This document shows, piece after piece, positions 1 through 12,124 of a stretch of 64,000 bases of DNA. The DNA comes from Octopus sinensis. Its lineage: Eukaryota. Numbering within the stretch: the stretch's first letter is position 1; the number at the start of each line of letters is the position of its first letter. A program made the position numbers and the translations under genes. The notes beneath the pieces are model-generated. The model saw only the letters and a program-made list of their open reading frames with translations. It was not told the origin of the DNA and searched no databases. The DNA lies in contig NC_042999.1 in NCBI RefSeq assembly GCF_006345805.1, forward strand, positions 138,136,001-138,200,000, written 5' to 3'.

Positions 1-850
1 CCTTGCGTCAATATCAGTGGGATCACTAAAGACAGAGTAGTACTGTTTCTGCAGTACTTCTGCCATTTCTTTAGTGTCATGTGAACGAACGGGTGAGACA
101 GCGGTCCTAAGCTTGTTGGCATATGAATAGAACAGTTTCGAGTACTGTTTGATTTTTTTTTGATTAACCAGTTTTCGTCTGCAGCTCTAGTTTTCGCTGT
201 AGGTTCTTATGCTGATTTGTAGATCAAATTTTTCGAATTCAAGCCTTCTTATTGCTGTTGATGCTGCTGGTGGTAATATTTTAATTGGTTGATTTTTTTT
301 ATTAAGTCTTTCATTCTCCTGATGAGTATTGTTTTTCTCTCTTGGGAGTTTATTTCTATTAATGCTTGAGAGTTTCGTAGGATGGTGTTTTGAATATGTA
401 TAAGTGACAATATTGCCAAAGCACTGCCATATTGTTTCAATGTCAGAGCAACTGTGAGTGGAAGACCAGTCGATAAGTGACAGATCTTTTCTAATTATCC
501 TCCATCCTGCTTTGTGAAATTTGATGTCGAACAAGTGCACTGAGGCGAGAGTGACTGGTTTGGTTTTGGCATGCCGGAAACTAAGATTGCAGAGTACCAT
601 GTCTTAGTTACAGAGAAGAGATTTATCAACCGAAATACTGTGGATGGAGCTAGAGTAGTTTGTTAATATCAGGTCCAGGATCGTCTTGTCTTGTCTTGGT
701 TCAAGCACAAGTTAGGAGAAATTCATTTGGTTTGGGAAAATTCAGCCATTAAATTAAATAGTAATTCTGGTGATGCTTTGTATGGTGTAGTGCAGTTACC
801 TAACTTCAGAGTAAGTCAGCTCAAAAATCGCCCGTCATCAGTATATTCGT
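1..850 (-). mobile_element. CR1/L2-group LINE fragment (APE C-terminus and linker), decayed
   Basis: Minus-strand translation gives MTGDF (GDFN-like, ~830), EPRQDKTILDLILTN (PTR..ILDL motif, ~690-660) and FHKAGWRIIRKDLSLIDW (F.KA.W...L..IDW linker, ORF 187-600); stops and frameshifts present. Confidence 0.7.
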
Positions 851-1048
851 CAAATGTTTGTATGTATGTATGTATGTATGTATGTATGTATGTATGTATG
901 TATGTATGTATGTATGTATGTATGTATCTGAGTGTTTGTGTGTGTACCCAACTTACAATGTTAAACATATTTTACTGCAAAATATTTTCACACACACATA
1001 CGTGTGCATGTGTATGCGTACAAGCTTAGTCACTTACGGACGTGCTTA

Positions 1049-1150
<102 letters not shown>

Positions 1151-1795
1151 ATATTTAGCATACATGACTGACTTTTCTATTGTAAATCCTGTATAATAGT
1201 GGCGCCAGTTTTCTTTTTGGTAGCCCTACCAAAGTGATTGACGATTAGGCCTGTGAGTGGCAGCTCCATGGCGCACATTGATGAATGTTTCTTTTAAGCA
1301 GACACCTTCCTGATGCATGATAAAAGAAACTTGACATTTTGTAAAACGCATGACAATCCAATGACATCGATCAGTTTAAAAGTGTCAGCCATTACGCTTC
1401 AATTTCCACCTACTGATATTAGAAGACCAAACAAGACAAGTTCTTCAAAAAAGGTTTGGTATGAGTTTGTAATCCTAGTTACCATATAAATGCACTTGAT
1501 TCTACTTGTATATGTATATGACCCATAAAACAAGTGCATATTGATTACTTTCAATTCTTTTGCAAGTAAAAACAACATACTGAGACACAAACGCATGGAT
1601 AGATATTGAATAAACCATATGGTTAGAGCTGAGGTTTGCTTGGAGACATAAAGGGTGTTATAAAAACCTGCCTAGACCCGCATCTCAAAAGCAAGACACT
1701 ATTAATAGCTTGCATCTTTATAGTGTGTACATTAAATGATATTCCTCTCTGACAGGATGCAACACTTTTTGTTGATTTTACTATACATACATACA

Positions 1796-1826
<31 letters not shown>

Positions 1827-1849
1827 GAGAGAGAGAGAGAAAGAAAGAG

Positions 1850-2010
1850 AGAGTTCCTTGACGAAACATCTACGAAAATGCCAGACCCGAGAGTTCATAG
1901 TGCACATCAGGGCAACAGAGGCAACCGTAGAATATCCGAAGCCATGTTAATACACCAACGGAAGCCGACTATCAACAACAGAAGGGACTACATGAAGCTA
2001 GCTGGTTACT
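1850..2010 (+). mobile_element. Probable Penelope-like GIY-YIG endonuclease C-terminal remnant
   Basis: RRISEAMLIHQRKPTINNR resembles the R.I.EA..I...KP.IN end of PLE GIY-YIG domains; short and degraded. Confidence 0.4.
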
Positions 2011-2091
2011 ATAACAACAAACTTCTGGGCATGCTTACTCCCCACATAATGACACACGTGTACATCTGCAATGTTCGCTAATTCTTTTCTA

Positions 2092-2302
2092 ATTTTTTCT
2101 ACTCAAGGCACAAGGCCCGAAATTTTGGGGGAGGGGGCCAGTCGATTAGATCGACCTCAGTACGCAACTGGTGCTTAATTTATCGATCCCGAAAGGATGA
2201 AAGGCAAAATCGACCTCGGCGGAATTTGAACTCAGAACGCAAAGACAGATGAAGTACCACTAAGCATTCCACCCGGCGAACTAACGTTTCTGCCAGCTCG
2301 CC
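2092..2302 (-). mobile_element. tRNA-derived SINE, family A
   Basis: Reverse complement of ggcgagctggcagaaacgttag...gagttcaaattccgccgaggtcgac...; same family recurs at 2325, 3511, 14452, 29966, 58849. Confidence 0.85.
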
Positions 2303-2324
2303 GACTTCATAAACCTGAAATATT

Positions 2325-2533
2325 CGTTTCTAATCTAGGCACAGGGCCCGAAACTTTAGGGGAGAGGGCCAGTTGATTAGATCGATCTCAGTACGCAACT
2401 AGTACTTAATTTATCGACCCCGAGAGGTTGTAAGGCAAAGTCGACCTCGGCGGAATTTGAACTTAGAATGTAAAGACAGACGAAATAGCGCTAAGCATTT
2501 CGCCCGGCGTGCTAACGTTTCTGCCGGCTCGCC
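2325..2533 (-). mobile_element. tRNA-derived SINE, family A (second tandem copy)
   Basis: Diverged second copy directly adjacent to 2092-2302; bracketed by the 22-mer gacttcataa(a/c)cctgaaatatt at 2303-2324 and 2534-2555. Confidence 0.85.
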
Positions 2534-2735
2534 GACTTCATAACCCTGAAATATTGAATGCAGCATAAGTCACCGTTAATTCATATGCCTGTTATCTTGT
2601 GATTTAGCTTGGATTTATTTCGCATTGTCCAGCCTTACCCATGAATTTTATATAATATATATATATGTATATATATATATGTATACATATATATGTGTAT
2701 ATATATATATATGTATATATATATATGTATACATA

Positions 2736-2820
<85 letters not shown>

Positions 2821-3446
2821 ATACAGTCACTATTGTAAAGATAATTCATGAATACCCTATATGTGTGTGCGCGTTAGCGCGTGTGCATAGACATGAATAT
2901 AAAGCGCGTGTGCCTGATTTTTGTGAATGCACTTATATTTAATCTTATTATTCCTTCTCTTCCCATTCCTTCCAACAATATATAACACATGTGACTATAG
3001 GATTCATAAGCTCAAGTCATTATTACGACCGTATATTCAGCACACACTATGCATGTATTCATACGCGAGACTATGCAATCAGTTTTTCATTAAATTCCAC
3101 ACCATAAATTAAAAAAAAAAAATTAATAAATTAAAAAATAAATAAATGGAAGACAAAATAGAGCAAAATGAAAAAAACAAAAAAAAAAAACAAAACCAAG
3201 ATGAGAAGGCCTTTGTTTGTCTGAAACGTTTGTAATCTCATCAATGGAAGGTCGGGCGAAGCTTTTATGAGTGATTACCGACTCAGAACATATTTTGTAC
3301 TTTTGCATTTTGTTTTGTTATTTTAGCTCTTCAATGAATGTGATTCATTGAGTATATGGCAAGTAGAAGTGAGCGCTATTTTAAATACAATGGTATGGTT
3401 GTTTCCGTTGTCGTTGTTGCTATTATTATTATTATTATTATTATTA

Positions 3447-3505
<59 letters not shown>

Positions 3506-3510
3506 ATTAC

Positions 3511-3597
3511 AGCGGTGAGCTGGCAGAAACGTTAGCACTCCGGGGGAAATGTTTAGCGGTATTTCGTCTGCCGTTACATTCTGTGTTCAAATTCCAG
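3511..3597 (+). mobile_element. SINE family A, 5' head only
   Basis: gcggtgagctggcagaaacgttagcac...gttcaaattcc following an (ATT)n run. Confidence 0.7.
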
Positions 3598-5206
3598 CTT
3601 GCCGCCTTCACATATAAATTATATAAATTAGTGCATAAATTTCACTAAGTAGGCTGATTAGATTGCAACAACAGAAATAACATCAACAACAATTTCCCAA
3701 CAACTTCTTGACCACATAGTTTTGATTTATACCGCATTTTAGTAATAACTTTTCAAGAATCACTGGTTCACTGCATTTAGGGTGGTGAGTGTATAGCTCG
3801 GGCAGAAGAAATATAACAAGTTTACCGGTTTTTCCACCGATGCTTACATCTTCCATCCGTATATGATACTGAAAGACATACATACACACACTGTGCACTG
3901 GGAACGATTTTAAAAGTCACATTCAAATCTTTTCGGTTCCGTATACTCGTGAATTCAGATTTTTCAGAAATAACACAAAAGGGGGGAAAATGCTACCTAT
4001 ACCAACCCTTTTTCCTTCAGTTTACTAAAATATGAAGCAATCTGTAATAACATGATTCATATGTTTAGAGAATACCTTATTTCCAAAAAAACTCCTGAGC
4101 TGAAAGCCGACAGTGGACAAAGCACGGAATGAAAGAAATAGTTATTGATGCAGAAGCAAAGAGGAGACAGAAATATAAAGTTATAGAAAGCACAAGATGT
4201 GAACGCATCAATTGAAGATATTAGCCTCAAATATCTGGGTTAGACTTGAAGCCAAATACCTAATTTAATAAACAACAAAGGTAATTAGATTAGAATTAGA
4301 ATTGGAAAAACAGCAGCAGCAGCAGCAGCAAAAACTACATTAACAATAACAGTAACAACAATAACAGCAGTAATAATGACTCCATAAACAATAATAATAA
4401 TAACTCCATAAACAACAACAATAACAAAATTACAGGAATAAGTACAATCTGAATATACATTATGCTGAGATAAACGTACAAAATGGCGTGCTTTTTTGCG
4501 TACAACGCATTAAACATTTAATATATTTCAAGTTTAAATGATATCTTATATTGTGACAGGTTCAGATTTTACATTACGTATCAGCCAAAACTGGGGCAGT
4601 TTTATCCATGTTCCATTTTATTTTTAGATAATTTTATTCTAAGATTTCTTTGACGACACAAAAGTTGACCTTGATGGAATCTGTGTTATCGCTCTTACAG
4701 AAGTTACAATCGGCAATGAAATGAGAGAGAAAGTAAGTAAAAAGCTTGACAAATTGCCTTTATTTATTTAGTCACTTACATTACGTACTGAGTTCAAATC
4801 ATGTCGAGCTCAGTTAAGGTTTTTATTCTTCGCACATCGATAGTAGTGTACCAATCGAGTCATCGTGGTTGATTTTTTTAGAGATCCTCATAAGAATAAT
4901 AATTATAAATTGTAATTGATTAGGTATTCTTACTTGAAGGTTGATGTATGATTAATTGAAAAGAAATTCGTATATTATTTTCATGATTTAAGAATTTACG
5001 TCTCATTTTATCAATGCAACGCTGTCTATGGCTAAGATATTTATCCCTCGATGGCCCAGTCACCAGACCTTAATAAGGTACCTCAAACTACCATAAATGA
5101 GCACTGCAACCAAATACTGCATTGTAAATGTTTTGAGAGATTTTAGTGAAATGCTGAAAATAACCGCATCAAATAATATATGTAAATAAGTATATGTAAA
5201 TATGTA

Positions 5207-5400
5207 GGGAGAGTTTTACGAAAAAAAAACCCCAAAACACGAAGACAGGTGGTGTAGAAAACAAACAGATGTATTAGTATAACGCTCAGGAATAGAGAAA
5301 GTCTTTTACGTTTCGAGCCTACGCTCTTCTACAGAAAGGGACACAAGAAAAAAACAAGGAGAGAAAAAAATGTGTGTAGTGGCTAACGATCTATCATGGC
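5207..5400 (-). mobile_element. Short PLE pLTR-like repeat carrying a hammerhead-like motif
   Basis: Inverted homolog of 59971-60140; both start gccatgatagatcg and contain ctgtagaagagcgtaggctcgaaacgtaaaaga. Confidence 0.6.
5303..5338 (-). ncRNA. Minimal type I hammerhead-like motif with variant core CUGUAGA
   Basis: cttt-CTGTAGA-a-gagc-gtag-gctc-GAAAC-GTA-aaag: stem I cttt/aaag, stem II gagc/gctc, loopless palindromic stem III (ACGT); position 6 is U instead of the conserved A. Confidence 0.5.
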
Positions 5401-8140
5401 AACCACGTTTAACCAGTCCCAACTGTTTTATTGCTCTCTGATCTTTCATAATACAATGGCCCTATTTATGAACTTTTGTTCAACTTCTGGAATGCAGTTT
5501 CCATTTTGTTTTCTCGATTTTGATTTCTTAACTGCAATAGACATGCATCTCATTCAAGAAATAAATAGGATGAGAGGGAATTGATAATGGTCTGTTATGA
5601 TAACTAGTGAATATAAACAGTTGAAAAGTAGAAAAAATTAGTTTGCCGTGAGGAAGAGGCCAAATCTAACATTTCGAGTATTATCCGTCGATGGTACCAA
5701 CTATATAGATTTCTGGCACCACCAGAAAACACTATTCTCTAAATTTTCCTTTTCTTCGCGGTAAACCAAATTATTCCACTTTAGAACTGTTTATTCAGCG
5801 AATGTTTAGTCTCTCATTTGTGTAAACGATGAGTATCTGGAGACAAGGACCAACACTGTCGATCACGGATATGAATAATGTGACAAAGGATCTAGACATC
5901 AGCGAATAAGATTCTTAATCACCTAAGAGTGAAATCTCTCTATAAGTTGTCTCACTATCTTTAAAGTATGTTTCACACGTTTTCATCTTGTAGCATTTAA
6001 GTTAACATATGTGTATTAAACAACATAAAACTATTGCACAAACAGCTGATTAAACACTGAACACACTTTTCGCAAACATAATAACAGTAGAGAAGAAGTG
6101 AGAGCTTCGATAACGGAGCATGAACTGCGAATCGATTATACATCACGAACGCCACTCTGGTTCTACGACAGTTATCTCAACTCCCAAAAGATTAGTGATT
6201 ATTTACATGGTTGGCGATATAGAGATTTATAGAGGCGAAATCTTCCCTCGTTCCCAATACGATCAAAAATCATAGATTATGTGGGTGGAGCATAACTAAA
6301 TAAATATTCAGTCTGACATTTCGTCGTTTCTTGCACATTATCAGCATGGATACTCAGCTTTCAAAAATGAGGTAAGTTTGGGTGAAGGGCTTTGCTCAAA
6401 ACGTCAAAACCCACCCTACTCATGATACTTCTTTACAAAAAATTATCACCACTTTCCTTGGGTTTTAATTTTTCTCTCTCTTTCTCTCTTCCTTCCTTCT
6501 TTCCTCCCTCCCCTCCTCCCTCCTCTCTTCCATCCCCCTCCTCTCTTCCACCCCTCCTCCCTCCTGCGGTATACACCTCACTTCCGAGCTCTCGATCGCT
6601 ATGCAACATATATAGCCCGGATCTTATCTACTACATTCCTTAACTCTTGTATTCTTATTCGCATACCCTGGTTGCTACCGTGAAATATATAAAAAAAGTT
6701 CTTCAATTTATCACACTTTGATAAGAACCTGCGCAACCTTCCGTCTAAATAAACCATTATTGTCCCTGAAAGTTGATTTTTTATATTTACTACGGTTTGC
6801 TTGAAGCTAACTTTCTTCTTACTCCTAGATCTTTGGATCTTATATATACACACACTTATGTGTGTGTGTGTGCGTGCGCGCGGACACAGTGCGTATGTGT
6901 ATAGCTATTTAAAATACTTTTTTTACGTTAAAAACACCCCCAGAGGTCACTCAAGTACCGCGAATTTCATCTGTAACATTTTTCAAACTAAAGTTACGAC
7001 TTCGGTGAAATCATATGTAGGGTGGTCATTGTGTGCCTGCGTACGTACATACATACTTACATGTGTATACATACATATGCAGACACACACACACATGCAC
7101 ACACACACACACACACACACACACAAGCATACATTCATATATACATACACGCACATACAAACTCACTCACGTATATATATATATATAAAGATCACGTATA
7201 TATAGAAATCGACAAACAATCACGAGTGGCAATAATTCATTTATATGAGATATTACATATTAAAATTGTGAGTTGAAGATAGATCTTTACAGCTGTTTCA
7301 AAGATTCGTCGACTAATCAATACTACAATGATTTTATACCAACAAATACATATAATAAGGCAGCAAATTATACGCAGTATACGAAAAAGAATGCAAAAAA
7401 TATTATCAACAAACATAAAGCATGTACGTGAATATCTTCAAGCTTGAATCGCAGAATATTCTCGTCGGAAGGAAACGCGGCAAATACAGACCATATATTT
7501 AAGATAATACAAGCTTTAATAAAAAAGACGGAGGAGAAGCGGGATAATTATTAGTGGAGAAGCGAATGCAGAAAGAGGAGGGAAGGGCATGTGAAGTCAA
7601 GATCAAAAGTGAGTTAGAAAAAGTGAGGAAGGAAGAGAAAGGTAAAGGGGTATAGAGAATAAAGAGAAAGACGAAAGAAAAAAGAGAAAAACCGTTGGAA
7701 AATGCGACCCACCATCTATCCACTGCCATGTAAATAAAAGATAAATAGAATATCTATTCACGTACTTTAGCACGTGATGTTTTCAGCACTTTTGTACCGC
7801 GATTTTTTTAAACACAAGCCAGATAAGCAACTTTTTTTGATAAGATTTTACGCTTGATGAATAAATAAACGATTTCTAATTATATGACCATATTTCTACA
7901 TATGGCAATTTTCTTATGTGTGAAAGAAAATTTTCAGTCAGTGAATAGGCGGAAATTCCTCAAAAAATAGCAACGAGGTGTCTACATAAAGTTATCAATT
8001 TATATCTTTTGTTCGAAATTGCAAAATGTTGTAATGGGATATTATACTTCTCGGAAAGACAGAAAGACCTTCTGGAGATGATAATTGACCTTCCTAATTT
8101 GATATCACCATATTGAGATATCACATGGGCGGATGGATGG

Positions 8141-8185
<45 letters not shown>

Positions 8186-9099
8186 TATGTTTGTTTATAT
8201 ATGCGATCCGAAAAGATCCTGGTACAAGAAGTTAGTAAACGTTTAGCATGTACAGAGCTTGTACATATACGTTAAAGAAATTGGAAACATGGGCGCATGT
8301 TAAACACTTCGTCCCACATTGAAATTAATGAGAATTTCAACAAGTTGAAACTCGCGGTTTAGTAACGAAAATTGTTAAATATGCGAATAAAAATCAAAGA
8401 ATGTTAGGAGTGGAAAAGGTAAATAGACTATAAACTTTATTTAGATTGTGAAATAGTAAGGTATCTTGTGGGACTAAATACTTTTGAAAGGTTTAGGTAG
8501 CCCATATTGAGTTTAGGGTTTTCGTATAATCTGCACAGAAACTTTCGCTTAATAAATTAACCCGTTGAAAAGGAAGGCATTAGAGTTACTACAATTATAT
8601 TGAAGAAAAACAAACTTGGTTTCTTACTGGAGTGGTTTACTCTAATTATAGAGGCTTTTGAAGTTTTTGCCATAGTTGTCAGCCGCATTAACGACATATT
8701 TCTTTTTTAAAGTTATGGGTTTTATAATATTTATGGCCTATGTAGAAGTGCATATGTAGGAGATTACAGAAAATTGTGGTACCATTACAGCGCACATTTA
8801 TACTATAAGAAATATTGTACTACATTATACTCTGTTACCTTATTTTGCATTTATAAATATCAGCGTTGTTTTGTATATAATGTGTCTATTATAGGATCAT
8901 TGTATTTTTATGCGCCATTGTAATAAGCAATGCACGCTTAAAGGACTCCTTGAATACATCCACAATAAATATATATACATGGTTACATGTACACGTATGT
9001 TTGATGTATGTATATGCGTGTTTATGAGTGTATGCATATGAAGCAAATGTGTGTGCAAATATGTGTGCGTATATGTGTATGTGTCTACATTAATTTCCC

Positions 9100-9148
9100 T
9101 ACTCAACCCATTGTTTCGTCGCTAACGGTCTACTATCGTCAGAATAAT
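9100..9148 (-). ncRNA. Decayed hammerhead-like motif at the expected 3' pLTR position of the PLE
   Basis: CTGACGA (9142-9136)...GAAAC (9117-9113)-aatgg-GTT (9107-9105); stems I and II poorly paired. Confidence 0.35.
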
Positions 9149-10740
9149 GTCACATATAGAGTACTTGTTGCCATCTGCCACTATATTTCTCAAATTATTT
9201 TTTGCCCATTTTTCCATTTGCATTACTTTTCACGGTACAGATTGTATCATGTTTTTACTTCATTATTTCATCGAGGGTATTACTATTTTTATCCCTACAA
9301 TTACAATTTTTTTAAGTCACTCCCATTATTAATGAGATAACTATTTAATTTATTACAGTAATATTTATTTAACTTATATTTATTTTGTGATGAAATAATA
9401 TTATCTACATTATTAGTAGTCGAACATCCTACTCCAATGATATTTTTAGAAAAGATATTACTGTATTTTTTGTTTTCGATAATAAATGATTCTATTGTTT
9501 TAGTGATTTCTTTTATGATAATATTTTTAACCTGGGTCCCATAAGGAACTATCAACCATATTCTATTATTATTTTTATTTATGTTTATATTATTATTTCT
9601 CGTATCCTTATTTACACTATTGTTGTTATTATCATCTTTATTGTTTATAGTTGGATCTAGTTTTTGCCTCTCGTTTAATCTTATATCTTTCCTTATATTT
9701 CTATTTTTATTTTCATTCTTCATTCTATTTATATTTTTTATGTTTTTTGTATGCTCCTTATATTCTATAAAGTACCGATGTTTTTCTCTATTATCATTAT
9801 TATAATTGTTATTAATTTTGTTTTTATTTTTATTTCTATTCCCATCTTCATTTTCATTTACAATTTTATCTATATTGGTATTGTCAGGATCTTTAGCGTT
9901 GTTATATTTTGTGTAATTGTTACTATTTGTATTATTATTGTAGAATCTAATCTCGTCCGTGTATCCTGCCTTTTTTAAAGCTTCGTTACAATAGGTTGAA
10001 TGCTTTAGGAAGCTCTCATAATTCGATGAGGGCATCGAGATTCTTTTTCCTATATTAGCTATCAGTGTTTTCTTAATAGAGCGGGGTGGTTACTGTATGC
10101 GTTTATATATGTTATTCCTGTTGAAATATTCAAATTGGCATCTAAAAAGTTATCAGTATAATGCTCTTTATAAATCGTAGTTCCTAATCCGTATCGTTTT
10201 AAAAAACTACATAATTTCTTTTTATAATTTTCAAGAATCCTTTTTGTACAGTTTTTAGTTATTAATAACAAATCGTCTCTATATAAACCCCTTTCTACAT
10301 TTAATTTTTCTAGATTTAATTCTGAAAGTAAATAGATCCCTACTAGATCAGTTACCTGTGCTGAGTCCGGCGCTCCCATACGTACATCGAAGTACTCCCT
10401 GGTATCTTTTCTAGCCCATAATTTATTGTCGTATTTTATTAGCGATTTTCTTGCCTCTTGGACTACCTTAATTTTCTCCATAGTCATTCCTACTTTGTTC
10501 TTAGTATACAATAAACCTTTATTAAGTACCACCTCGTTTATCGATGCATAATAATTGTCAATATCTATTTGTATAAACTTATATTCCTTTTTATTTTTAA
10601 TACTTTTAAACCATTCTAATGTTTCCATTGTGCTGCCCCATAATTTTAGATGATCTAATTTGTTAAATTTATTTATAAATTTGTCTAGTATTATTTTGCT
10701 AGGTCCGACTTACATGGTCATATGAGTCGGAATTTAGGGT
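9100..10740 (-). mobile_element. Penelope-like retroelement, RT to C-terminal linker/GIY-YIG remnant (FDVxMG/GLYRDD type), decayed
   Basis: ORF 10062-10628: LEWFKSI...DIDNYYASI...FDVRMGAPDSAQVTDLVGIYLL...GLYRDDLL...YINAYSNHP. ORF 9301-10035: EALKKAGY...IWLIVPY. Then KNCNCRDKN (CNCR zinc-knuckle-like linker) at ~9310-9285. Clade assignment needs a phylogeny. Confidence 0.8.
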
Positions 10741-10812
10741 CTGCGTAAAAGTTACCCTTATGGTACATTATTTACATTCGACGGATATTTGTCCTCATCT
10801 TGTTTGTTGTTA

Positions 10813-10857
10813 ACACAACGTTTCGGCTGATATACCCTCCAGCCTTCTTCAGGTGTC
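10813..10857 (-). ncRNA. Minimal type I hammerhead ribozyme of a PLE pLTR
   Basis: gacac-CTGAAGA-a-ggctg-gagggtatat-cagcc-GAAAC-GTT-gtgtt: stem I gacac/gtgtt, stem II ggctg/cagcc, palindromic AACGTT stem III typical of dimer-dependent PLE HHRs. Confidence 0.85.
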
Positions 10858-10932
10858 TTCGGGAAATTTCGAACCTGGGTTCTCATTCCTAAGGTATTTT
10901 TCGATATTATTATTATTATTATTATTAGTGTT

Positions 10933-11007
10933 CAGGTCACTGCTTGGAATAGAACTCGGAATCTTGGGGTTGGTAACCCGCGCTCTTAACCACTACGCCA
11001 TATGCCC
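10933..11007 (-). promoter_or_regulatory. tRNA-like Pol III promoter cassette inside the PLE 3' region
   Basis: A-box TGGCGTAGTGG (11000-10990) and B-box-like GAGTTCTATTCC (10957-10946, one mismatch) at tRNA spacing, followed by (AAT)n; no clean acceptor stem, so not a tRNA gene. Confidence 0.6.
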
Positions 11008-11589
11008 GTGGGCAATTATGGAGTGAATTTTAGGGCCTATATATCTAATATTTTTCTATCCTTCCTTAATACCGGTTCTCATATGCTTCTCATATCTGCA
11101 CTCGGTCTGCTTTGGAGGTTGTTATGTCCTAGCATATGTGCTGCTTCTTTTAGTTTTCGTATTTTCCAGTGGTGTTCTCTGTTTATTATTTTAACTTCCT
11201 CCCACAGAGGGAGGTGGCCTCCATTTTTCCATATATGATCAGCTATACTCTATTTATCAATATCTTCACGTGTCACAGCTTTGCTATTTTCGTCTACCCT
11301 TATTTTGAGGGGGCGGCATGTTTCGCCTTTCTATAACCTACCACAGCTGCATGGGATGGAGTACGCGCAGTCTTTGGTAATATTCTCTTCTATTGGTGGT
11401 TTTACTCGAAGGGGATATTTGCGAAGTGTTGTATTACTCTTGAATACTGTCCTGATGTCATATGGGCCGCATATCTTTTGTATATTTTCGGAGATGCCTT
11501 TCACATAGGGTAAACAGACTGTGGACAGATTATTGGTTTCATCCTCTCTCTTATATAGCGGCATACGTACACTTTGGTCTCTTGTATGT

Positions 11590-12122
11590 ACGTATACATT
11601 TTTCTAGTTTTTGTATTTCTGTCTATCACCCCTTTCACGCTTATTCGTTCATTCCACTCTTCGTTCTTTCGTTCCCCTCTCTCACATTTCCTTGCCTTCT
11701 CTTCATGCTCACTTTCCCTCCACTTTTCACTTCACTGTGTCCCTGTCATTTTTTATCGCCCCTCCTTAATTCTTCTGTTCCTCTGCCTCTACCTCTCTCT
11801 CTTCTCTTCCCACGTGACCGGCGTTCGGTCAAGCCTGATCTTTCTTTCTTGGCCGGCCGTCGTCCGAGCAACAACGATATTCCTCCCTGTGCCTGTGAAA
11901 TCTTGTATCCCTGCCATAAGGCTTTATTTCAACACACGCCAGCTTAATTTAATTCGCCCTTAGTCGAAAGATACCTGTTGTTTTGTCATGCTATTATTAT
12001 TTTTACTGTATTTGTGTAAAATTCTCCGTTTTTTCCGTCCTTGTTTTCGTATACATTCGCTGCTTTCTTCCAAGGAATCAAAAACTCTTAGCTTAGTTTT
12101 TCCTTGGGGCTGGCCAGATTGG
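11590..12122. repeat. Interspersed pLTR-like repeat (homologous to 63295-63410)
   Basis: tttcgtatacattcg...ttccaaggaatc...agcttagtttttccttggggctggccagattgga is shared with 63320-63403. Confidence 0.55.
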
Positions 12123-12124
12123 AG

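Larger units (their letters stand above)
10770..11570 (-). mobile_element. Penelope (Poseidon-like) 3' fragment: thumb, GIY-YIG endonuclease and 3' pLTR
   Basis: CLPYVKGISENIQKIC...IRTVFKS..TLR...CAYSIPCSCGRL*KGETCRPLKIR...IADHIW...WEEVKII..EHHWKIRKLKEA, followed by a pLTR with a hammerhead. Confidence 0.85.
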
